From the NCBI GenBank assembly GCA_963836755.1, contig CAWIKF010000001.1, positions 192,001 through 256,000 of the forward strand: a stretch of DNA of 64,000 nt, read 5' to 3'. Under the pieces are notes generated by a model. The model saw only the letters and a program-made list of their open reading frames with translations. It ran no database searches and was not told the DNA's origin. Position numbers and translations under genes: made by a program. Positions 49,901 through 58,981 of the stretch are shown here, piece after piece. The stretch's first letter is position 1, and every line of letters starts with the position of its first letter. The stretch is from an uncultured Verrucomicrobiae bacterium. Lineage in GTDB: Bacteria > Verrucomicrobiota > Verrucomicrobiia > Chthoniobacterales > Chthoniobacteraceae.

Positions 49901-49997
49901 CCCTGAGTCCAGCACTTGGGCATCGCTCGCAGCCGGCTTCGGCACGCTCATGGTCTGGCAGCGCGGACGCCGCCGGAAATCAGTGCGCCTGAGCTAA
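43941..49997 (+). CDS. Surface protein D (2018 aa): PATR repeats with PEP-CTERM-like tail
   Basis: Paralogue of C at both ends; tail IPESSTWASLAAGFGTLMVWQRGRRRK. Confidence 0.92.
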   Translation: MNQSSISNSVSANLLIKTSKNKMKYKQSFALKLRNRVAAVIATTAAFSMSAQAADTTTSSWLGGTTNWSTSAGNWSAGVPSATISAKFDGTFTNQPTLTAASTAQGIWLATGDAQDVTINAASAFTLSLTGTATLNSQTNAGIIMTDTANHNLTIGPNVSITLSNPTGFYNNEATGLLTVSGGLNTNAKALAIAGTGATTLSGVVSGSGAITISNGGTVTISNITDSYSGQLTVQNGKLKIDTINNTSANGELGNNALAVILGNTGGQTGTLDYTGVTAASSKKFTMATGGTGAFQIDTAAAVLTLSGVIDGGGALTKTGGDTASVLLLSGGNSYSGGLNVVTGTVKLGNTTGSGAATNIVSVGTGATFDIATFSPTIGGLTGLGTVTNSSTAGTLTINSTTTNTFGGVITAVTPANLLLTKSGSGTQILTGANTYTGATTINAGILQLSGATGALALSATAPALNGGSLILDNTGAASNNNNRIADTQALALNGGNFVYKGSDQGATNSTETIQNLSGTGNSTITVSFGGTNGATLTAGTFTHAAGNATDMVNGVNLGKNSTDAASFARFISTAPTLTGTTNALTTGINSAVKNTKIVPFLVGEATSTTGGLGTATGTANTFVTYIAGSGYRPLNPTDEFTNNAITAGTNTYVTTGATNTANTSINSLVINGGDVTVNDGFTLTNTSGALLFASSNSIKPSGTTGLYTGSAENQITVNSAVTGTISAIVSGSQALTKSGAGTLVLSGANTYNGATTLAAGTLNLSNALALQNSTLTYSTAGTSLVFDAAGGTAFTLGGLTTGNNILLANNGSAAINLTVGGNNSSTTIGGVLSGTGGSLTKTGTGTLTLGAANTYTGATVVNGGKLYLQNGATLKFSSSVTATGTGLLAMNNGSESGQFAAGVVIQGTGGFSNEINNPNTNVTLDRDNTYTGQTTWGSRGVTAAGVVSKYDVSGNQISGAFGVNSKINFAAQPSTLLLSGNNNQVGSLSGTPGGGGGVLLRGATITIGGDNTDATYTGPITNNYLPGTDQNGNGSTGQVAGGNVIKIGTGTQTIVSTNNPSGYEGTTTIKGGVLSINVLGTNGDTANNPNGTSGYVTATTTIVNTTTLTVASGTTGLVKGMSVFDLQSLGNGAKITNLVDNGTTITITLSAGLNAGVTGTKTNVNYGFGSGIGLAGPAASTLVLDGGTLRYTGVATTTDRLFTVGSTVAGATGTLDASTGGAITFGNTGAIAYGTIDQTRTLGLTGSTAGNIFNPLIGDNGAGAVSVLKSGTGSWTLTNTGNAYTGGTTVNAGILTSAVTGGFGAGNVTVNPTGNTLADATTLNSTGSIASTALVTVNNNVAAIGTVNFNGAAPTIGGLTGSGNAVLNNATGTALTVGSTNNLDSSFTGAISEGTVGMGSLIKAGTGTLALGGTNTYTGATTVANGKLRLTGSLTSAVTVGNDSATTAIFSGTGATSGLVTTFTNNSNIAYLAPGVNSTGTRSDFGGAGTLHLNNGLTIGNGTQLDYDLGTSQDLIAGSGALSLGTGVTVNVADLGGLTTGTTYTLISGFSGVTGSPTGWTAAGATPSGSTGYTFALSGNDVTLTFNAPVSATATTYSLAAVAANNNVLVNHTTAVTSTITNTGTGTADTLDYTGLSASATGGTITGSATNGGPLAQGANGNNPGLTYNAGATSGAYAITPTVTTATNDTVGGSASSSGTTPQAVNVYDAASLSGSGLNVANAAGSPLRASAAVTSETLSGQSGFTAALVPGTTKIDAGTSTAAATFDNTGKLNGTYHTTATVGFDNVTSGNAAIAGGAGDSATGIALSASVSGKTNTGSATVLAGQSYAGYGLGSTFTDSTTATLLQGNAGVGNTGPLSDGQDHTVNMAFSNGVGGEPNDASKLSDVLTLTGTNTDKFVLQLTYTGTPAQGTPFIAYYSAAYGGYVNAIAGNSSGNMTPFGGPAYGELTGAYDPNSEFVLGDYGFDSNTNTAWAVLDHNSDYEVIPESSTWASLAAGFGTLMVWQRGRRRKSVRLS

Positions 49998-50021
49998 GGC
50001 GACAGTCGCAACCATTACTCC

Positions 50022-50064
50022 AAAAAGCGCCGCAGTTCGAAAGACTGCGGCGCTTTTGTTTTTT
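50022..50064 (+). terminator. Intrinsic terminator after gene D
   Basis: AAAAGCGCCGCAGT-tcgaaag-ACTGCGGCGCTTTT. Confidence 0.85.
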
Positions 50065-50223
50065 GCCTCCAACGTGTCGGGGGGATCGGGCATGCGGCCG
50101 CTAAGCCGGGCGCGAGTGAGAAGGCGACGATGACTGACCGGGTCTTGTTTGTGACTACCGGCAAGCGATGACCGAACTTTGACCGCAGACGCGAGCGACG
50201 CGCGTCAAAGTTCCCAGCTGGAC

Positions 50224-50923
<700 letters not shown>

Positions 50924-50931
<8 letters not shown>

Positions 50932-51703
50932 TCGGCGCAGTTTCCGTCCCGAGATAAGCCTCGATCACTTTCGGGTTGATTTTTATTTCGGCCGGCGTCC
51001 CGTCGGCGAGTTTTTCGCCATAATCGAGCACGGCGATGCGCTGGCAGATGCCCATGACGACGCGCATGTCGTGCTCCACGAGCAGCACGGCGATCTGGAA
51101 TTTCTCCTGCACGAAACGGATCAGCTCCATCAGCTCTTTTTTCTCAGTTGGGTTCATGCCGGCGGCGGGCTCGTCGAGCAGAAGCAGCTTCGGCTGCGTG
51201 GCGAGCGCGCGCACGATCTCGAGCCGGCGCTGGTCGCCATACGGCAGACTGTTGCACATTGCAGAACGCTCGCTTTCGAGGTGAAAAATTTGCAAAAGCT
51301 CCATCGCACGCGCGTCGATCTCGCGCTCCTCCTGCGCGAATCCGCCGCCGCGCCAGAGCGCGTGCGCGATGCCGTGGCGCAAGTGCATGTTCAGCGCGGC
51401 GCGGACGTTGTCGAAGACGCTGAGCGATGGGAAAAGGCGGATGTTTTGAAAGGTGCGGGCGATGCCGCGCTTGGTGATCTGGTAAGGCTTGCGGCCGACC
51501 ACCGATTTACCGTCAAAGCGAATCTCGCCTTCCGTTGGGCGGTAGACACCCGTAATCAGGTTGAAAATGGTTGTTTTACCCGCGCCATTCGGTCCGATCA
51601 GCCCGACCAGCTCGCGCGCGCCGATTTTCAAATCCACATCCGAGACCGCTTTCAGTCCGCCAAAGCGCACCGTGCAATGATCCAGCTCGAGCAGCGCATT
51701 CAT
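50924..51703 (-). CDS. livG: Branched-chain amino acid ABC ATPase
   Basis: [36 protein letters not shown]. Confidence 0.93.
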
Positions 51704-52701
51704 CGCGCGCTCGCCCTTCGCCGCGGCGCTTTCAGCCCGCCAAACAAGCCCTGCGGCCGCGTGAGCATCAGCACGATCAGCAGCAGCGAATAAAGTATCA
51801 TCCGGTTCTTCGCGATCTCGCGCAGCCAGTCGGGCAGAAATTCCAGGCCCGAGACGCCGCGTAAAAGTTCCGGCAAAATCGTAAGCAAAATCGCGGCGAT
51901 CACGACGCCGAAGGTGTTGCCCATTCCGCCGAGGATCACCATCACCACGATGTCGACGCTGCGGAGAAAGTTGAATCCTTCGGGGTGAATGTATTGCTTG
52001 AAGTGCGCGTAAAGTCCGCCGGCGATTCCCGCGAAAAATGCGCCGAGCGTGAACGCGAGCACCTTGTATTTCGTCGTGTTGATCCCCATCGCTTCCGCCG
52101 CGATTTCGTCGTCACGGACTGTTAAAAAACCGCGACCGTATGTGGAATCGACGAGATTGCCGATGACGTAAACCGTGATTGCCGCAAAGCCGAAGGTCCA
52201 AAAAAAGTTCGTATAACCGGCCGCGACGGAAAAGCCGCGCGATGCGCCAACAGCGTCGGTATTTTGAATGATCACACGGATGATTTCGCCGAACCCGAGC
52301 GTGACGATCGCGAGGTAATCGCCTTTCAAACGCAGCGACGGAATGCCCACAAGCAGGCCCACGACAGACGCGGCGACGCCGCCGGTGGTGAGTGCGAGCA
52401 GGAAGAAAATCGCGTTGCCGAAAAAGCTCTGGTAGCCGCCGAGCCATGGGAGAATCGGCTTTGACAGAAATGTCGTGAACGCCGCGGCGACGTATGCGCC
52501 GACTGCCATGAAACCGGCGTGCCCGAGCGAAAATTGGCCAGTGTGGCCGTTCACCAGATTGAGGCTGACGGCGAGGATGATGTTGATGCCGATCGAGAGG
52601 ATGATGTCGTAAAAATACGGATTGATCGCGGCGGAGTAGTGCGAGATCGCGAGGCTCGCCGCGAGCACTGCCAGCAAAATTGTTTTGGAATGCGCGCGCA
52701 T
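51700..52701 (-). CDS. livM: Branched-chain amino acid ABC permease
   Basis: GQFSLGHAGF, LRLKGDYLAIVTLGFGEII; start MRAHSK. Confidence 0.92.
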   Translation of the reverse strand: MRAHSKTILLAVLAASLAISHYSAAINPYFYDIILSIGINIILAVSLNLVNGHTGQFSLGHAGFMAVGAYVAAAFTTFLSKPILPWLGGYQSFFGNAIFFLLALTTGGVAASVVGLLVGIPSLRLKGDYLAIVTLGFGEIIRVIIQNTDAVGASRGFSVAAGYTNFFWTFGFAAITVYVIGNLVDSTYGRGFLTVRDDEIAAEAMGINTTKYKVLAFTLGAFFAGIAGGLYAHFKQYIHPEGFNFLRSVDIVVMVILGGMGNTFGVVIAAILLTILPELLRGVSGLEFLPDWLREIAKNRMILYSLLLIVLMLTRPQGLFGGLKAPRRRASAR

Positions 52702-53627
52702 CAGACTTTTTCGCGCTCCACTTTTCCGAGGAGGCCGTTTGGCTTGAAAAGCAAAATCAAAATCAGCACGGCGAACGCAATCGCGTCGCGATAAGTCGGC
52801 GAGACATAGCCGACGACGAGTGTCTCGAGCACGCCAATCAGAATTCCGCCGAGAGCCGCGCCGCGGATGTTGCCGATTCCGCCGAGCACTGCGGCCACGA
52901 AGGCTTTGATTCCCGGCAAAATTCCCATCAACGGATCGATAGATGGTTGTTGAATAGACGTTAAAATACCGGCAGCGCCCGCGAGCGCTGAGCCGAGGCC
53001 GAATGTGAACGAGATGACGACGTCGTTGTTCACGCCCATCAGCGATGTGGCGACGGGATTGACGGAAAGCGCGCGCATCGCGAGACCGAGTTTTGTTTTC
53101 AAAACGATGAAACGGAGCGCGGCGAGCATGAGGAGTGTGACACCGAGCACGAGCAGTTGGCCGGTCGTGATCGTGAGATCGGCGAAACGGCCGAACGATT
53201 CCGGAATCGTGATCGCCTGGTCGGTGATCAAATCGGGGAACGATTTCGGGTCCGCGCCGAAGACGAACTGGCCGCCGTTTTCGAGGAAAAGCGAGACGCC
53301 GATCGCGGTGATCAGCACCGTCAGGCGCGGCCGGTCGCGCAGCGGACGATACGCGAGTTTTTCGATGACGATGCCGAGGACGGCGCAGATGGTCATCGCG
53401 AAAAGCAGCACGCAAACCGCGCCGAGCCACGAGGCATTGCCGGGAAAATGCCGCATGATGAATGGCGCGGAATAAAAGCCGGCGAACGCACCGATCATGA
53501 AAACATCGCCATGCGCGAAATTGATGAAGCGCAACACCCCGTAAACCATCGTATAACCAAGCGCGATCAGGGCGTAAATCGCGCCGAGCGAGAGGCCGTT
53601 GATGAGCTGCTGAAGAAACTCAATCAA
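52701..53627 (-). CDS. livH: Branched-chain amino acid ABC permease
   Basis: QQLINGL, ALGYTMVYG, NFAHGD, KAFVAAVLGGIG; TTG start. Confidence 0.93.
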   Translation of the reverse strand: MIEFLQQLINGLSLGAIYALIALGYTMVYGVLRFINFAHGDVFMIGAFAGFYSAPFIMRHFPGNASWLGAVCVLLFAMTICAVLGIVIEKLAYRPLRDRPRLTVLITAIGVSLFLENGGQFVFGADPKSFPDLITDQAITIPESFGRFADLTITTGQLLVLGVTLLMLAALRFIVLKTKLGLAMRALSVNPVATSLMGVNNDVVISFTFGLGSALAGAAGILTSIQQPSIDPLMGILPGIKAFVAAVLGGIGNIRGAALGGILIGVLETLVVGYVSPTYRDAIAFAVLILILLFKPNGLLGKVEREKV

Positions 53628-53726
53628 AATTAAAAAGCTAAAAAATCAAAGTTTGCGGAAATCGGAAGGTCGCATGGAAAAGACGCGGCAGATTTTCAAA
53701 CTCTTGATTTTCTACTTTTTGATTTT
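53626..53726. repeat. AT-rich imperfect inverted repeat (about 36-bp arms) between the binding-protein gene and livH
   Basis: AAAATTAAAAAGCTAAAAAATCAAAGTTTG versus reverse complement of the right arm AAAATCAAAAAGTAGAAAATCAAGAGTTTG. Confidence 0.7.
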
Positions 53727-53731
53727 CGCCA

Positions 53732-54850
53732 TCACGGCGCGACTGCCTGCTGGAATTTAAATTGGCCGTTCTCGATCGTCATGATCACAACGGGCTTCGA
53801 CGCGTTGCGCTGCGCGTCGAGCGAGATCGTGCCGGTGACGGCCTTAAAATCTTTCGTCGCGGCAATCGCGTCGCGCAGTTTCGGCTCGTCCGTCGTGCCC
53901 GCGCGTTTGATCGCGTCCGCGAGGATCTTCGCGGAATCGTAGCCAAGCGCCGCCATGTCATCCGGTGCCTCGCCGTATTTCGCCTTAAACGCTTTCAGGA
54001 AATTTCGAACCGCGGGCGATTGATCGTCGGCGGAAAAATGTTTGGAAAAATAGCTGCCGTCGAGCGCGTGACCCGCGACCTGAAGGAGCGATTCGCCGAC
54101 CCAGCCGTCGCCTCCGAGCAGCGGAACTTTGATGCCGAGCAGCTTCGCCTGCTTCGCGATCAATGCGACTTCGCCATAATAACCGGGAACAAAAATCGCG
54201 TCGGGATGCGTGACTTTGATCGAGGTGAGCTGGGCTTTGAAATCTTTGTCGCCCGAGCTGTAGCTTTGTTCCTTGACGATTTGGCCGCCGTTTTTCTGGA
54301 AGTTTTGCTTGAAGGCTTCCGCGAGGCCGACGCTGTAATCTTGTTTAACATCCGTGAGAACCGCGACTTTTTTCCAACCTTTCGAGAGTGCGAATTTTGC
54401 CATCACCGTCCCTTGGAACGGATCGATGAAGCAGATGCGAAAAATGTAATCGCCAACCTCGGTGACCTTCGGATTCGTCGATGCAGGCGAGATCATCGGG
54501 ATCTTATTTTCCTGGCAGATCGGCGCGGCCTCGAGCGATTTCGACGAGGCGACTTCGCCGAGAACTGCGACGACTTTGTCGCGCGAGATGAACTTGCGAA
54601 TGATGGTTGCAGGCTGGCCGGAGAGCGATTGATCGTCCTCGGTGAGCAGATCGATTTTTTTACCAAGCAATCCGCCGGCCGCGTTGATTTCCTCGACGGC
54701 GAGCGCGGTGCCTTTGTGCGCGGATTGGCCGAAGCTGGCGCTGCCGCCGGTGAGCGATGCGAACTCGCCGACTTTTATTTCATCCTGCGCGAGCGCGGAG
54801 GAGATGCCGAGAATGGTCGCCGCAAACGCAAGGAAGAATTTTCGATTCAT
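53732..54850 (-). CDS. livK: Branched-chain amino acid ABC substrate-binding protein (LivJ/LivK family)
   Basis: Signal peptide; EEINAAGG, ASTNP, FRICFIDPFQG, ALGYD; first gene of the liv operon. Confidence 0.85.
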   Translation of the reverse strand: MNRKFFLAFAATILGISSALAQDEIKVGEFASLTGGSASFGQSAHKGTALAVEEINAAGGLLGKKIDLLTEDDQSLSGQPATIIRKFISRDKVVAVLGEVASSKSLEAAPICQENKIPMISPASTNPKVTEVGDYIFRICFIDPFQGTVMAKFALSKGWKKVAVLTDVKQDYSVGLAEAFKQNFQKNGGQIVKEQSYSSGDKDFKAQLTSIKVTHPDAIFVPGYYGEVALIAKQAKLLGIKVPLLGGDGWVGESLLQVAGHALDGSYFSKHFSADDQSPAVRNFLKAFKAKYGEAPDDMAALGYDSAKILADAIKRAGTTDEPKLRDAIAATKDFKAVTGTISLDAQRNASKPVVIMTIENGQFKFQQAVAP

Positions 54851-55004
54851 ATAAGCGGTGGAAACTAGGAAAAGGTGACCGCCGAATCAACTGCCAATCG
54901 GCTCCGCATGAAAATGGAAAGCGTGCGCCACTTGCATTTCGCGCGCGGCCTGTTTTACAGGTGCTTTTGCAAATGCCGTGCTGCTATTATCTCCGCTCGT
55001 CCCG

Positions 55005-55682
55005 ATGAATCCCGTCGCCCACTTTTACCAGTCCTCCATCGGCAAAAAATGGATCGTCGCGCTCACGGGCCTCGTCCTCATCGGCTATGTGATCGGCCAT
55101 CTCATCGGTAATCTGCAAATTTTTGTCAGTCCCGCGCAGATCAATGCCTACGGCGCGTTCCTGCACAGCCACGTCGTGCCGCTCTGGTTCGTCCGCATTT
55201 TTCTGATCATTTGCTTTGTCGCACATATTTTAACGACCATTAAACTTGCGATCGAAAATCGCGCGGCGCGTCCGGAGCGATACGCAGTGGTCAAGCGAGA
55301 GCGGGCGTCGCTCGCGGGGCGCACGATGCTCGTGAGCGGCTTGATCGTCTTGTGCTTTGTGATTTTTCACATCCTGCATTTCACATCGCAAACGATCGAT
55401 CCGAGCTTCAAGACGTTTGAAGATCCGAAGCAACAGCACGACGTTTATCGCATGGTCATCACCGGCTTTCGAAATCCTTTCGCGTCGGCTTTTTACATCC
55501 TCGGGCTTTTCCTGCTCTGCTCGCATTTGAGCCACGGCTTCGGCAGTTTTTTCCAGACGCTCGGCTTCAATACGAAACGCACCGGACCTTATCTCGTGAA
55601 CGGCGGACGCATCCTGGCGTGGCTGATTTTCGCCGGCTACGTCTCGATCCCGATCGCGGTGATGCTGCATATTTTAAAATGA
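55005..55682 (+). CDS. sdhC: Succinate dehydrogenase/fumarate reductase cytochrome b subunit
   Basis: SSIGKK, HLIGNL, heme-ligand His in TM helices, [11 protein letters not shown]. Confidence 0.92.
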   Translation: MNPVAHFYQSSIGKKWIVALTGLVLIGYVIGHLIGNLQIFVSPAQINAYGAFLHSHVVPLWFVRIFLIICFVAHILTTIKLAIENRAARPERYAVVKRERASLAGRTMLVSGLIVLCFVIFHILHFTSQTIDPSFKTFEDPKQQHDVYRMVITGFRNPFASAFYILGLFLLCSHLSHGFGSFFQTLGFNTKRTGPYLVNGGRILAWLIFAGYVSIPIAVMLHILK

Positions 55683-57598
55683 CAAACGGGCTCGACGCAA
55701 AAATTCCCGCGGGTCCGCTCGAGAAAAAATGGGCGCAGCGGAAGTTTGACTCCAAGCTCATCAACCCGGCGAATCGCCGGAAGTTTGAGATCATCATCGT
55801 CGGCTCCGGCCTCGCGGGCGGGGCGGCGGCGGCGACGCTCGGCGAGCTCGGCTATCGGGTGAAATGCTTTTGCTACCAGGATTCGCCGCGGCGCGCGCAC
55901 TCGATCGCTGCGCAGGGCGGAATCAATGCCGCGAAAAATTACCAGAACGATGGAGACAGCGTTTACCGTTTGTTTTACGACACGATCAAGGGCGGCGACT
56001 TCCGTTCCCGCGAGGCAAACGTTTACCGGCTGGCCGAAGTTTCGGCGAACATCATCGATCAATGCGTCGCGCAAGGCGTGCCGTTTGCGCGCGAATATGG
56101 CGGGCTGCTCGCGAACCGCAGCTTCGGCGGCGCGCAGGTTTCGCGCACTTTTTACGCGCGCGGCCAGACCGGACAGCAGCTTTTACTCGGCGCGTATTCC
56201 GCACTTTGCCGGCAGATCGCGGCGGGCACAGTCGAGATGTTTCCGCGCACGGAAATGCTCGATCTCGTGCTCGTCGATGGCCACGCAAAAGGGATCGTCG
56301 TCCGCGACATGGTCACGGGAAATATCGCCTCGCACGCGGGCGATTGTGTCGTGCTCGCGACGGGCGGTTACGGCAACGTTTTTTACCTCTCCACGAATGC
56401 GAAAGGCTGCAACGTCACGGCCGCGTATCGCGCGCATAAACGCGGCGCGCTTTTTGCAAATCCGTGCTACACGCAAATTCATCCGACGTGCATTCCCGTG
56501 ACCGGGGAATATCAATCGAAGCTCACGCTGATGAGCGAGTCGCTGCGCAACGATGGCCGCGTCTGGGCGCCGGCAAAGTCAGGCGACAAGCGGCCGCCGA
56601 ACGAGATTCCGGATGCCGAGCGCGACTATTATCTGGAGCGAAAATATCCGAGCTATGGAAATCTCGCACCGCGCGACATCGCCTCGCGCGCCGCGAAGGA
56701 AGCGTGCGACGAGGGCCGCGGCGTCGGCGATACGGGGCTCGGCGTTTACCTTGATTTTCGCGACTCGATCAAACGGCTCGGCGAAAACGTTGTGCGAGAG
56801 CGCTACGGAAATCTTTTCGACATGTATCACAAGATCACCGACGAGGATGCGTATCGCGTGCCGATGCGGATTTTTCCCGCGGTGCATTACACAATGGGCG
56901 GCTTGTGGGTGGACTACAATTTGATGAGCAACGTGCCCGGCCTGCACGTGCTCGGAGAAGCGAATTTTTCCGATCACGGCGCGAATCGACTCGGCGCGAG
57001 CGCGCTGATGCAAGGGCTCGCGGATGGTTATTTTGTTTTGCCGAATACAATCGGGAATTATCTCGCGCAAAACGTCGGCAAGCGCCCAGCAGTTGATCAC
57101 CCGGAATTTAAACAAGTGGAAAAAGCGGTGCGCGATCGCACGACGCAATTGCTCGGCATCAACGGCACGCGCAGCGTCGACTCTTTTCACCGCGAGCTCG
57201 GGATGATTCTCTGGGAAAAATGTGGCATGGCGCGGACGGAAACCGGCTTGCGCGAGGCGCTGAAACGCATCCCGCAACTGCGCGAGGAATTTTGGAAAAA
57301 TGTTTGCGTGCCCGGCAAAAACGAGGAGCTGAACCAGTCGCTCGAGAAGGCGGGGCGCGTCGCGGACTTTTTAGAATTTGGCGAACTGATGTGTTACGAC
57401 GCGCTGCACCGGCGTGAAAGTTGCGGCGGACATTTTCGCGAGGAATACCAGACGCCGGACGGCGAAGCGTTGCGCGATGACGCGAATTTTACCTATGTCG
57501 CCGCGTGGGAATTTGCGGGTGAATCGAGCCCGCCGCTGCTCCACAAGGAGCCGCTCGAATTCGAGAACGTTCATCTCGCCACCAGGAGCTACAAATGA
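55679..57598 (+). CDS. sdhA: Succinate dehydrogenase/fumarate reductase flavoprotein
   Basis: [37 protein letters not shown]. Confidence 0.95.
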   Translation: MTNGLDAKIPAGPLEKKWAQRKFDSKLINPANRRKFEIIIVGSGLAGGAAAATLGELGYRVKCFCYQDSPRRAHSIAAQGGINAAKNYQNDGDSVYRLFYDTIKGGDFRSREANVYRLAEVSANIIDQCVAQGVPFAREYGGLLANRSFGGAQVSRTFYARGQTGQQLLLGAYSALCRQIAAGTVEMFPRTEMLDLVLVDGHAKGIVVRDMVTGNIASHAGDCVVLATGGYGNVFYLSTNAKGCNVTAAYRAHKRGALFANPCYTQIHPTCIPVTGEYQSKLTLMSESLRNDGRVWAPAKSGDKRPPNEIPDAERDYYLERKYPSYGNLAPRDIASRAAKEACDEGRGVGDTGLGVYLDFRDSIKRLGENVVRERYGNLFDMYHKITDEDAYRVPMRIFPAVHYTMGGLWVDYNLMSNVPGLHVLGEANFSDHGANRLGASALMQGLADGYFVLPNTIGNYLAQNVGKRPAVDHPEFKQVEKAVRDRTTQLLGINGTRSVDSFHRELGMILWEKCGMARTETGLREALKRIPQLREEFWKNVCVPGKNEELNQSLEKAGRVADFLEFGELMCYDALHRRESCGGHFREEYQTPDGEALRDDANFTYVAAWEFAGESSPPLLHKEPLEFENVHLATRSYK

Positions 57599-58377
57599 TC
57601 GCCAACGGCCCAGCGAAACGGAATTTCGACCTCAAGGTCTGGCGTCAAAAAGACGGCACTGACGCGGGAAGGTTTTGCGATTACGAGGCGCGCGAAATTC
57701 CGGCGGATGCGTCATTCCTGGAAATGCTCGACATCGTCAACGAAACGTTGATCGCAAAAAAAGAGGATCCGATCGCGTTCGACCACGACTGCCGCGAGGG
57801 CATTTGCGGCATGTGCTCGCTTGTCATCAACGGCGTTGCACATGGCCCGGAGCGTGCGACGACGACGTGTCAACTTTACATGCGGCATTTTGCCGATGGA
57901 GACACGATCGTCATCGAGCCGTTTCGCGTCGGAGCGTTTCCGCTTTTGAAAGACCTGATCACCAACCGACGTGCGCTCGATCGTATGCAGCAGGCGGGCG
58001 GTTTCATCACCGTGCACACTGGTTCTGCGCCGGATGGCAACGCGGTTCCGGTTCCGAAAACTGAGGCCGATCTCTCAATGGACGCCGCTGCGTGCATCGG
58101 CTGCGGCGCGTGCGCAGCGGCTTGCCCGAATGCGAGCGCGATGCTTTTCGTCGGCGCCAAAGTTTCACACCTTGCGCTCCTCCCGCAAGGCCAGCCGGAA
58201 AGGTTTCGCCGCGTTTTAAAAATGCTGCGGCAGCATGACGCGGAGGGTTTTGGAAATTGCACGAACCACTATGAATGCGAAGCCGTTTGTCCTGCTGAAA
58301 TCAGCGTGGAGTGGATCGCGAAGCTCAACCGCGAATATGCCGCGGCGTCTATCAAAGACAGCGTCGGCGCAGCTTAG
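57595..58377 (+). CDS. sdhB: Succinate dehydrogenase/fumarate reductase Fe-S subunit
   Basis: [31 protein letters not shown]. Confidence 0.95.
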   Translation: MIANGPAKRNFDLKVWRQKDGTDAGRFCDYEAREIPADASFLEMLDIVNETLIAKKEDPIAFDHDCREGICGMCSLVINGVAHGPERATTTCQLYMRHFADGDTIVIEPFRVGAFPLLKDLITNRRALDRMQQAGGFITVHTGSAPDGNAVPVPKTEADLSMDAAACIGCGACAAACPNASAMLFVGAKVSHLALLPQGQPERFRRVLKMLRQHDAEGFGNCTNHYECEAVCPAEISVEWIAKLNREYAAASIKDSVGAA

Positions 58378-58383
58378 CGCCCG

Positions 58384-58977
58384 TTAATTCCCGCGCGCCG
58401 GATTGTCCTCGCCCGGCAGCATCTCGTGCCAGGAGCGGATAATGTTGAACGCGCGGCTCGTGGCTACGCCAAACTGCTTCGCGTCCGCCGTCGTGCGCAG
58501 CATCAATTGCTGTTTGTCATCGAGGTTCAGAAAAGTGATCTCCGTGCGAAGGTCGCTGCCAGGCAGCTTGTAGCCGAGCACGAAGCGGTAGCTCTTCCAG
58601 TCGTTCACCGGCAAAGGATTCAGGTCTTCGTGGAGAATCGCCACCTCGGTCGCCCCAGTTGGAGCTAGCTTCAGGACTGCCTTCCGATAAGCCGCCAGCG
58701 AATCGGAGAACTTCACGTCTGGCGTGAATGCAGAAAAGCGGATGTGAAAAGTTGCATTGTCGAGGCTTTTGAAACGGAAGAGTGCACCCCCGTCGGAAGT
58801 GACTTCGGTCTCATGATCGATGGCCACGGAGTAGCGAGTATTTGCATCGGAAAAATAAGGATGGCGAACACCGAGCATGTTTGATTCCGCGCTCGAGAAG
58901 TGCGGCGTCAAGTCGAGAGCCCAGAGACCCGAATGCGGCAGGAAACTGCAAAGAAGAAGAATACGGATGACTTTCAT
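58384..58977 (-). CDS. Secreted hypothetical protein
   Basis: Signal peptide MKVIRILLLC..LWA; 4 nt downstream of the PilX-like gene. Confidence 0.6.
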   Translation of the reverse strand: MKVIRILLLCSFLPHSGLWALDLTPHFSSAESNMLGVRHPYFSDANTRYSVAIDHETEVTSDGGALFRFKSLDNATFHIRFSAFTPDVKFSDSLAAYRKAVLKLAPTGATEVAILHEDLNPLPVNDWKSYRFVLGYKLPGSDLRTEITFLNLDDKQQLMLRTTADAKQFGVATSRAFNIIRSWHEMLPGEDNPARGN

Positions 58978-58981
58978 AGAG

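Noticed and set aside
30117..49997. Classical type V autotransporters
   Set aside because: There is no C-terminal beta-barrel or terminal Phe/Trp; the proteins end in PEP-CTERM-like TM and Arg tails.
50174..50213. 10-bp inverted repeats (GAACTTTGAC/GTCAAAGTTC here; GTCCGCCGCG/CGCGGCGGAC at 12662-12700) as REP or IS ends
   Set aside because: Unrelated single copies with no transposase or target duplication; probably 3' stem-loops.
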